A stretch of 64,000 nt of DNA from Octopus vulgaris (lineage: Eukaryota): NCBI GenBank assembly GCA_951406725.2, contig OX597815.1, forward strand, positions 104,594,001 through 104,658,000, in the 5' to 3' direction. Below, one piece after another: positions 53,401-64,000 of this stretch (position 1 is its first letter; the number at the start of each line of letters is the position of its first letter). Below the pieces are notes generated by a model. The model was not told where the DNA came from, did not search any database, and was given only the letters and a program-made list of their open reading frames with translations. The position numbers were made by a program, and so were the translations under genes.

Positions 53401-53596
53401 AGAAAAGAAATAATACAGTAGAAAACTGCACCATACCTCAAGAGAATAAAAAAACCAACACGATACAGTACTAGGAAGAGTTTGCACACTCCCAACAACA
53501 AAAAAGAACTCACAATACTGCACACACCCCAGCAACATGGAGGTGTAGCAGGTGATGCAGTAGAAATTCGCCTCAAACTACCAAATGTTGAACAAT

Positions 53597-53654
<58 letters not shown>

Positions 53655-54786
53655 TGATGATGATGATGGTGATGATGAGGATAATAGATTTCATAATATC
53701 TAAAAACTGTCTCTCGTTTTCTTTATCAAGAATCATGAAGCAGTGATAAATCCTACTTTTCTTTATCTGTAATCAATATGTATTTCATTTTAGAACAGGA
53801 AAAAAAGAGAAAGTTGCAGAATAATTATTAAAATATTAAAATCTTTATTTGATATGTTAGATTTTCTAACTCTTTGTAGAGCTTTGATATGGAAATCTAC
53901 AACTGTTACATAAAATAAGGATAAGACTTATATATGGTAAGCAAATATACATTCAAGATTTATTACTTTTAAGAATGTTTTAACCTATTATGTCAGTAGT
54001 TGATTAAATGAAAGACTTTTTAAATTAAAATAATTATGATAAATAGTTAAACACAGGAAGAACAGTTGATTTGTTAATTTAAAAGGGGGAAAATAAGGAA
54101 AATGAGATTTGATAAAACATATTTTTGTTTGTTGGTTTCATCAGAACTTTTAACTTTAGCATGGCTTAACCAAGTAAAGCTATGATCAAATGTGTCTTGG
54201 CTGTCCAGTTTTTTGTTCAGAAGTATATCTAGGACTTTGCTATCAAAATGTCATCTCTTATGAAATAGAATTGTGAGATTTGAGAGAAATTTGACTGTGA
54301 TTTCTAGTATGTTGAATGATTATGCAAAAGCTTTTCCATTCACTCTTTATCATCAGAGCTGATTTATTTGAGACAGCATGTAGGTGGATAAATTGTAAAC
54401 AAGTTTATTTGTTCATTTAATAAATACATTATGTCTTAGTACTTTAGTATGTGTTGCAAATGATTGTACTGGTATACAGATGTACTTGGTCTGTACCTGT
54501 TACTCATAGCATTCTTTTATAAATAGTTGTAAGCTGCTTTATCTTTTTAGAACAAACATATTGGCTATTCCCAATGGGTAGATGAAAGCCAGACAAACCT
54601 GTTTGATCATAGCCTTGCTTGGTCAAGGCCATCAAGCTATTTTCCAGTCTGTTTTGTGAGTAAGAGTCCAGTGATTTAATGTCAGGTTACATTTACACGT
54701 CAATGCTATATGTACGTATGCTTATTAAATGTACAAATGTGAGCTTACTTCTTGTATATATACACATACATACATACATACATACA

Positions 54787-54818
<32 letters not shown>

Positions 54819-54914
54819 CGTATATACATATATATATATATATTTATGTAAGCTTGCTCCCAGTGCACACACACACACAAATGCACGCATATATAGTTGT
54901 TAGAAACTTCATAT

Positions 54915-55370
54915 ACTGTACCCAGTACAAGGTATGTCCACACAAGAGATGCAGCAGTATCACAGGAAAGTTAACAGAGAAAGCAGTCTGTATGTGGCAG
55001 ATATGCTGATACATTAAACATGAGGATTGTACAGCATTGACGTCTTCAAATGTCCAGAGGAATCCTTAGAAGCTGTCGACAATTTCCATTAGTTAGCAGT
55101 AGAGGAGGTAGTTTTGAAAGTGTAGTTGCTAAAATAAGAACAGGTTGCACAAATTTCAGAGAGCTGGTACCTCTGTTAGTAACAAAGGGCCTCTCCTTCA
55201 GAGTGAAAGGTAGATTGCATGATGCCTGTGCATTGACAGCAAATGCTACACGGCAGTGAGACATGAGCTGTGACTACTGAGTACATGTGAAGGCTTGAAA
55301 GAAGTGAAACCAACATGCTCCACTGGATGGATATTGTCAGTGTGCATGTACTACAGAGTGTAAGTGATTT
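54915..55370 (+). mobile_element. RTE LINE C-terminal fragment
   Basis: ESVVAKIRTGCTNFRELVPLLVTKGLSFRVKGRLHDAC, MLHGSET, RLERSETNMLHWM. Confidence 0.85.
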
Positions 55371-55439
55371 GTGTATATAAATGTATATACACACATATAT
55401 TAGCTTATCTGATTTATAATATATAGTATGCGTAAAACA

Positions 55440-55650
55440 ACGAGCTGGCAGAAACGTTAGCATCCTGGATGAAATGCTAAGTGGTATTTCATCTGTCTTT
55501 ACATTCTGAGTTCAAATTCCACTGAGGTCAACTTTGCCTTTCTCCTTTCAGGGTCAATAAATTGGATACCAGTTGTGTACTGGGGTTGATCTAATCGACT
55601 GGCCCCCTCCTCCAAAATTTTGGGTCTTGTGCCTAGAGTAGATAAGAATA
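55440..55650 (+). mobile_element. Well-preserved tRNA-derived SINE
   Basis: cgagctggcagaaacgttagc...ttctgagttcaaattcc...actttgcctttc..ctttcagggtcaataaa...cttgtgcctagagtaga. Confidence 0.92.
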
Positions 55651-57802
55651 TATACAGTATGTATCTTAATCAAATGCTATTCAACAATGACCGTCTTGCC
55701 CTTTATTTGGATATAGTATAGTATACATTGTATCCTTTTTCAAGACAGTAGGAATAATGTAAAAGAGATTTGGCAGCTATTTTTAGCAAGTCAAATGACA
55801 ACATAGAGATCACTCAACTAGCCAAAAATACAATGTTTATAATTTATATGTGAATCTATGACAAACTAGTCTATAATTCAATATCTTTTACATTCTATAT
55901 CAATATTTCTACTTTGTTTTCTGAATTGATGGCATTTTAGACATTTGTATTTTTATATGATATATCCAACTCTAATTGACCTGAACAAAATTCAAGTCAT
56001 ATTCATAAACAAAATCTTTTATATCATCAAGCTGACTTAGTTTGTTATACAATTCAAACTGAAATACATAGGTATAATTGATCTAAATTTCAACCAGTAA
56101 AATCTCTTACACTTTCCACTGTATATTTTCTTATTTCTCAAATATGAATGTTGAACTACTATGATTTCTTGAATGTTTATAAAAATATTATGAGATTTTA
56201 TTAGCATGACCAAATCTAACTGACTTTGAAGTAAATTAACTAAGTAATGAAGGTACATGGGTTGATATCAGAGAAAGGTGGGGAGAGGGTGCAAACCAAA
56301 ATCAATCCTTCTTCAAGCAGTATTGATTTATCTTAAATGCATAGAAATCCACTGGTTAACGTCTTAGTCAAACAAATATTGAGGTTACTCTATTCCAGTT
56401 CAAGATATAATACCATGAATCTCAAAGTTTTCCATGCAGAATTAGAAGAGAATTTTCAAACAAATACTGCCAGTTTAGAAATGTACACTTTGAACTGAAG
56501 AATTAGTTTTATTTGTCTTCCTTAGATTCTTAAATTGCATCATTCAATTTCTAATTTTAACCCTTCTTTGGAAGTTTTTATTATATATAGATTGAGATGT
56601 GTCTTTCCCTGAAGTTTATGTTAACTTCTCAGTGAAACAGTTTGATTCTATCGGAGGGATGCAACCAAAGGCCACCTGTCTGTTGGAAGTGGTGGGAAAA
56701 CTTTTATAAAAAAAGAATTTTAAAAAGTATTCATTCATATGTAGAATTGTGAACATTTACAGCTCTTCCTTCAGTCATGTTAAGTTAGAAAGTTAGTTTT
56801 TTATTAATTAGCTAAAGGAGACGGGGCAGTGCCCAAATCTTTATAGTACATTTCATGATAGCTGACATTGATATGACAAATACCTATCCTGAACAGCTGC
56901 AGGTTAATGTGTGAAAGGAGAGAACAAAATGCTGGAAACAGAGAGGACTCTGTTTTAAATGTTTGAATCATCTTGATGGTGGACCCAGGCAATATGGTAA
57001 GCCCTACTGCCTAAAAGTTACTATCCCTATATAATATATGTTGTCTTATATATATATATATATATATGTGTTGCCTTATCAGATAACTCTAAATAATCTC
57101 ACAAGTAAAATGAGAGTGGTGAATTTAGGGATGGTTGACAGAATCTGAATATTTCTATTATATATGCTCGCAATACACCATATACACATTTTATAGATGA
57201 CATCGATGTTGAACTTGAGCTCTTTGACACTGCATAAAGTTAATGCTGGTAAAATTTTAATTTCAGTTATAAAGATTTATACCTTAAAACTATAAGATAT
57301 TTCACAAAAGACATACATTCACTGCACATATAATGCATGATCTTTGGAAACCTATCTATGAGAGTAGTAACTATTACATTGAAGAGGGGCAATACTTCAG
57401 TCCTGGAAGGTAGCCACTTTCATGCTGATGGCACAATAAATTTCACTCATTTTATGGTGATGGGGATGGTGATAGAAAAGGCATCAAACTTGTACAAAGC
57501 TACACCAAAACATAACAGTCAGATCAATGAAAAATCACAAGATTAGGATTGCTCATCTGAAGAGAGATGTAGGGGACATGGCTGTATCCAAGGAAAACCA
57601 CAATTTTACTTAGCTTGCCTTGTCTTGTCAAGCACATCAAACCACCAAAAAGCTTTGGTCTCTTGTCATCCCCTCTGTGAAGCTCAGCACCTGAAGATCC
57701 TTTCTCAGCACTTCATCCCACACATCTACCTGCCTATTTGTCTGTCTGTCAGTCTGCCTGTCTATCTATCTATCTATTTATCTATCTATCTACACACACA
57801 CG

Positions 57803-57850
<48 letters not shown>

Positions 57851-59904
57851 TAGAGACAGACACACATAAATTATATAATTTTAATATAAATTAACCATTA
57901 TGGTATTTTAGTATGCTGGCCACTGATAAATCATTAAATAATGACTTTATTCTAATTACGTATAAATATATATATATATAGCACCATCTGATTGTGGTCG
58001 ATGCCAACTCCTCTGGCCAGTCTCATAAAGAAATGAAGTGGCTATCCCTGAAAGGTTGGGCAGAGGTGTCATATGCTCTCACCACCTCTGTCATTGTGTA
58101 CCACCTGACTGTCATACTTTGGCTTAGTTTCTGTCTGACTAGATTGCAGCACCTGCTTTTTGATATTTTGTAGGAAGGAAGCCTTCCTCTGGTTAGATAG
58201 TCCATTGGCTGCCAGGTTTTGCATGGTGGACTTGGCATCCTGTGGCTACTGATGCACAGACATACTCTCTGGTTGTACCACTTACAGAGTTTACTATATG
58301 GTAAGCTGATGTGGTCACCGATTGTGAGACACATCTTTCCACAGCTCATCTCCTTGACAGGGCTGTAGCCCTAGGTGAAATGAAGACCAAAACAGGCCAC
58401 CTAGGCTACAACACATTTGGGAAAACTCTGGATGTCAATGAGAACAAGTTTGCCAGTACGTTCTGAAGAACTTTGAAGCTGGAGACTCCAATATATAACT
58501 CCCAGAAGTCCTTAACTGGTGGTGCTATTGGAGGAAGATGCTAGTTTAAGATAAACTCTACAGACACTAAGGTGTCATCAGATAAACCTGTGTACAGAGC
58601 AATGAAACTGTTGTGTGTGCATTTGTTCAGTATCAAGGAATTGAATTGTGGAGTAATGTTGAACAGCTGCTGTCATGTGTAGGACAGATCTGGTTGTGAA
58701 CCAATTCCATTGTAATGACTTCTCTGCTGGCCTCCTTTAATTAGGCAGGGAAAGGCGGTTTTACTTTGACAATTGTTGTGAAAGAGGTTGTTTGGTAACC
58801 TCTATGTGTCTGTTTGACATGCTAAAAATTGCACTTAAACTTTATCATCTCTAAGTAGAAAAAGTCACAATGTGGTCATAGAAGTAAAACGGAGATAAAA
58901 GAGTGAAGTATGATCTTTCTTCTATAAAAATTTGTATTGAACTTTGAAGAAAGGGAAACGTATAATATTAAGTAAATATAATTAATGCTTATAATTTTAA
59001 ACTCATTAAGTTAGACTGGAGTATCAAGGTAGCTTCAGTTTGAATACTAGCCAATAAACAGATTATTTCAACTATTAAATAGCAGTGAGCTGTTTCTGAG
59101 ACTTATTATTTCTGAAGTAATAAATTAGGAATAGTTATTTCTAGGCCACAAAACTGTAGATGATTATAATTGACTGAGCTGATTCCAGTACATGATAGAA
59201 TTTCAATTTATCAGCATTAGAGAGAATGTAACGACTTTCTTCCATCACCTTTCTCACTATTAATTTGAATTCAGAATGTTGAGAGGCAGAAAGTAGACAA
59301 TGAAGATTATTTAGTTCTATTGTCTATCATTTCATATGTTTTATTTTCCTTTTTGGCCTTTTGATCAAGGTAACATTTTGGAATTTTATGTGATGATAAA
59401 ACATTTTGACATGGACTAGAAATATTCCTTTCAGTGCTTAGCTCCATTAAATATATTCCAAAGCAGAAACAAAAAGAGCTAGCATATGCAAATTAAATTC
59501 ATTTAGCAGATATCCAGCTCTGTGATATACATCTTGCAAAAACTGTCAGTAGTAGATGTCATACTAGGTTTTCCAGTATGACTTCTCTTTCTCTTATAAT
59601 TCTGATATCAACAGCAGCTTCACCTTATGCTCAAGACCTGTCAGTATATGACTATCTATGTACAACTGAAACTGTGCCATTATTTTATTTCCATGGTGGA
59701 CTTTTATCAGCTTAGACAATCTAACATTGTTCATCTTTTAAGTCTAAGTGCATACACCTTCTGTTTGGAAAGATATTAATCACACCTGATGTTGAATTTA
59801 AACTTTAATGCTATTCTAATATCCTTTCCATTTCTTTTGTTCTAAATATATATATATTTTCATAACAAAATACTTGTAACAAAATAAAATGGCAATATTA
59901 TCAT

Positions 59905-60007
59905 TATTGTTGTTGTTGTCAATATTAATAACAACAACAATAACAACAACAACAACAATAATACTAATAACAATAATAATAATAATAAATAATAATAAAT
60001 AATAATA

Positions 60008-60055
<48 letters not shown>
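59905..60055. repeat. (AAC)n/(AAT)n microsatellite
   Basis: Read directly from the sequence. Confidence 0.97.
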
Positions 60056-60056
<1 letters not shown>

Positions 60057-60530
60057 GGTGTGTAAGCAATAAAATAACAGAAGCAAAGAAAGAAAAAATT
60101 AATTTCTAAAAAGTGAGGAAACCTCCTGGTACTGCTCTTCTGGACATCCCATAAAACCATGGTCACCATGATTACTAGTGTGAGTGCTCTCATGCTATCC
60201 TCTTCCCTCATGTACTGACACATGCTCAGAGCAAGCAGGGCTACAAAACCTATCCTTACCACTCTTATCCACCTTTCAACTAATTTGCTGGAAATTAGCA
60301 CTTCCCTATACAGCCTCACTTTCCTTTTCAAAAGAAATTTTAAAAAGTTGATGATGGCTTGCTCAAGAAGAAGATATCTGTCTTCAGTTCTTTCAGTCTG
60401 GTCTGCCACCAAACAAATAAAAACTGTCCGTCCTTCCCTATGTAAGGAAGGTGGCAGGGCAATCTTCACAGTGGTCTTACCTGAGAGATGGATGTCTCCT
60501 ACATGCAACAGCAGGTGTTCAACATGATAA
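60055..60530 (-). mobile_element. 3' end of a Tx1/L1-like LINE
   Basis: VFICLVA...INFLKFLLKRKVRLYREVLISSKLVERW, homologous to 20363-20733. Confidence 0.6.
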
Positions 60531-61864
60531 TAATTGTTATAATACTGTCTATTATTAGCCACAAAGACTCAGGACATTGAAGACAATATAGAAGGATGAA
60601 ATACAATGCACAAAAGTTGAGGTTTACATCAATTAGAGAAAGAAATCAACAATAAAAATATAACAAAACAGAAATTAAAATTTAAAAAAAGATTCCAACA
60701 AGAAAATAATTCCCCAATAGTGTCACAGTTCACCTTGGGTAACTTTGAGAGAAGCCCACACAAAAAGGCTTAGATTCTCAGTTATTTCCAAGGCAATAAA
60801 AGTGTGCTCTCCCAGTTTCTTTCCTCTTACTTAGAAAAGCATACTCAGAGTAGCCCATTCAGACTCACCATTCTTATCACTAGGGATCTGTTGTAAACTG
60901 GACATGAAAAGAACATTACAAAGATAGGTTACATAGTTTGTTTGGGTTTACCTAATATCAAACGGTGGTGGGCATGAGATGAATGATTCGGTTCTCCTTG
61001 ATAACTTCAACTCAGACCAATTAGGGAACCCCATAGATGCAAGATTACACTGACCACTATGGTAAGTGCTCTAGGGTCACACATTTTAATGGAAATGTAG
61101 TCAACTGAGTCATCTCATAATTTAATTAGTAATTATATTAGTAATTATATTGTAATTATATAATTATATAATTAGTAATTATATTGTAAACCTATTAAGA
61201 GAAGAAAAACAGATTCAAAATTACAAGGATTTGAACTCAGAATATGCAAAGAAATAATTCAAAATGTCAAGGGATCTCTTTTTTTAAGCTCCTTATTCAT
61301 TCATTCAGTATTCTTATAAAACCATACACTTTTTGGTGGGAGTATATTTGACTAAATTTTCACACTGTATGTTCCTGGCATTTATGCCATCATCCTTGAG
61401 ACTGGCATGATTTGAGTTCAGAACGTAAAGAAATATAACAAAATTCTGAAAACTATTTTGTGTTGCTCTAAATTCGAAATTTTGTTTTGATAAGTCAATG
61501 AATTAAAATAATAAGTGAGGGAGTAGTTTACACAGTTGTCTGAAGACAGATCTATAAAATCAAAAATATATATATAATAGAGTCACCATTCTTGACTTGA
61601 TGCTAAAACATTTGGTGCTTAGCTCCAAATATGTTTTTAGTTGCAAGAATAAATATTTTTGAAGCATATATAATTGTTATAAGCTTTAACTGAAATCCTA
61701 TATCTCATATTCATACAACTGATACAGTATAAAAAGAATATTTTAATCTAGATGTCTTCTCTGTTGTTGGTAATATAATAAAATGCTTCAAATTTATGCT
61801 ACAAAATGGTTGGTAAAAAGAAAGACATCCTATCATAGAAAAGACATGACAAAAATGACAAATC

Positions 61865-62200
61865 ATTGACTACTGGCTGTGTAATGTTAGTATGCATGTG
61901 AATGTGCTAAGAGGAAACTGGACATCAGAAGTACTCCCTGTAGTATTCAAGAGGGGAGTCCATGATGGTATTGACATGTGACATGCATGCAGTGATAGTT
62001 GGGTAAAAAAAAATAAGTGTTAAATGCTGCTAAGTGAAGATGTCTGTAAAAAAAGGAAGACCAAAGAAGTGTAGCTGAAGAAAATGATGAAGGCTGAATT
62101 CAAGGTGACAAAGGACTGAGATAAGTGGAGAGATGCTGTGTTAAAAGTAATCTTTCCAACCAATATTAGTATGAAAAAAGCAGACATAAATATGATGATG
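61865..62200 (+). mobile_element. RTE LINE 3' end relic
   Basis: WLCNVS, SWVKK, GRPKK, DKWRDAV, then a (GAT)n tail. Confidence 0.7.
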
Positions 62201-62779
62201 ACACAGGGAGTTTCAGTTAATTTTGAAACAGAAAGGCAAAAATATTAAATGCAGAGCAGGGTTTAAATCAAATATCTAAGTAACATAAACAAATCCTACA
62301 CCTAAGGAGATCAGTCATTTTAAATAAGAAACTGAAGCAAAGAGCTATAGAAATAGGAAGAATTGACAAGAAAAAAATAAACATTAATAAAACACCTCTA
62401 TCATGATATTTTAAAATGTCATTGTATGAAAAGTCATTCCATGACAATTATTCAGAAAAAGATGAAGAGAGCAGATAGAAATCAAGAAAGAATTCAATCC
62501 TAACTGAAAATTCCTTGGCTCAGAGCTGGATTGAATTAGTAAATATTCATTGAACTAAAACAATATCTTTCTGACTGAATCTATTAATGTTACTCGATGA
62601 AGTAAAATATAGTAACTGGGTGGAAGCTGGAGAAGCTGATAATTATACTTTTCACTGGATTCCCAGTCTCAGACAAAACAGTATATATTTTTTTAATGAT
62701 AGAATTGCAAACTTCATACACTGAAATATTCTATTATTACCAAGAATCCCAGTAGAGAAAATACTATAAATGCACACCA

Positions 62780-63120
62780 TGATGATTCTGAGAAAATATG
62801 ACAATGTAATCAATGAGAAGAGGTGAGTTGTTACTGACAGAAAATAATAAAGGCAGTCATCTTGATTTTTATTATTCAAGAGCCCAGAACAAGAAATATC
62901 TCTTGATAGATATATCAGTCCCAGTGGGCAAACACGTATCTTTAGAAGAAATGGAGAATTTATCTAAATATAAATATCTAGAAATAGATAAATACAGAAT
63001 ATGACATTTGAAATAGAAATAATTCCCATAATAATAAGTATGTTAGGAATTATGCAAAGAGACACAATTATATATCTTAAGATACCCTAAATCCAAATAT
63101 ATATAATAGCCAGCTATGTA
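62780..63120 (+). mobile_element. R4/Dong-like RLE fragment
   Basis: YLLIDISVPVGKHVSLEEMENLSKYKYLEI, IIPIII. Confidence 0.8.
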
Positions 63121-64000
63121 ACATGCTTAATGTATATACACATATAAGATATGATTGTTTTGCCCATGATAAAATGTCTTTTAGACATTCTGTGTTAACA
63201 CATTTGTCAGAGAGACAAAAATCATCCCAGTAGTGGCTAGTGAGAATGCCAGATACATTTTGGCTTTTTTTTTCTTATATATCAGAGATGATAAATTTTG
63301 TCTAGATATGTAACTACAGGTATTTGTAAGCATGAGGGTCGAAATACTTCCAGCATTCTTGTTAGCCATTACTGGGACATAGTTTTGTCTCCCTCCTATA
63401 TATATTGTTTTTAGCACCAAATCTATAAGAGATTTTACCTTGAAAATAAACTGCAGTATCTTGCCTGTCATCACGGAGATACATTAAGTATGATACATAA
63501 ATAACAATTTTAATTTAATGTTGCTTCAGTTGTGTACTGTAAGAATGAATGTATGTATATATGTATGTAATGAAAATATGAGGATTTATATCCAGTATGG
63601 TACCGTTTAAGCACTTTGTTATAATCCAAGTCATGGCTAACCACATTGAATGGCAAGGAACAACCTAGGACTATTCAAGTTAAACAATGTTAATGGCTAT
63701 TTCATCCAAAGGACTTCTTGGATAATAAATAGTACAGAGTGTATAAAAAGAATAATACATCTTCATATTTTTTTATTATTACAGTCAATTATACAATATA
63801 ATCAATTTAAATCTGTCCAGCATATGCTTCTTCTGCATGGATATCTTGCAATGTGGTTTTCATTTGCATCTGGTTTGCTCATCAGGTTAAGAGTCTATGT
63901 AGCTGCATTCAAGGTGTTACGCACTAACTTCAAATGACAGCATTGTGCAGCATCTTGAATGAAGTAGCATAGATTGCATAGATTCTTAGCCAGATGAACA

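Noticed and set aside
59816-60562. 248-aa ORF as a membrane protein gene
   Set aside because: It is read-through of a LINE C-terminus, its 3' UTR and a (TTA)n/(TTG)n microsatellite.
63850-63890. Minus-strand CTGATGAG...GAAA
   Set aside because: No stem II adjacent to GAAA and no stem I or III pairing.
63181-63937. 97-aa and 95-aa ORFs as genes
   Set aside because: No recognisable domain or splice structure; lengths are compatible with chance or decayed TE sequence.

Overview
AT-rich, microsatellite-dense eukaryotic non-coding DNA. The repeat families look like those of an octopus/cephalopod genome (inference from recalled SINE and LINE sequences, not a database hit). I find no intact host protein-coding gene, and most listed ORFs are translated microsatellites. 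The window is a graveyard of mobile elements: many R4/Dong-like RLE non-LTR fragments in (TAA)n (the best is an RT-CCHC-RLE piece at 49.2-51.2 kb), Tx1/L1, RTE and CR1-like LINE relics, two Penelope-like GIY-YIG relics, a deleted mariner, hAT and piggyBac-type MITEs, about 20 tRNA-derived SINE copies, and a ~550-bp TAA-bounded non-autonomous element. The most interesting signal is a set of type I hammerhead ribozyme motifs with palindromic stem III. One is near-canonical (13793-13845); the others are degenerate and occur as divergent inverted pairs, either inside a fold-back palindrome flanked by (TA)n or beside Penelope-like relics. Boundaries of degraded elements are approximate and were read by eye.
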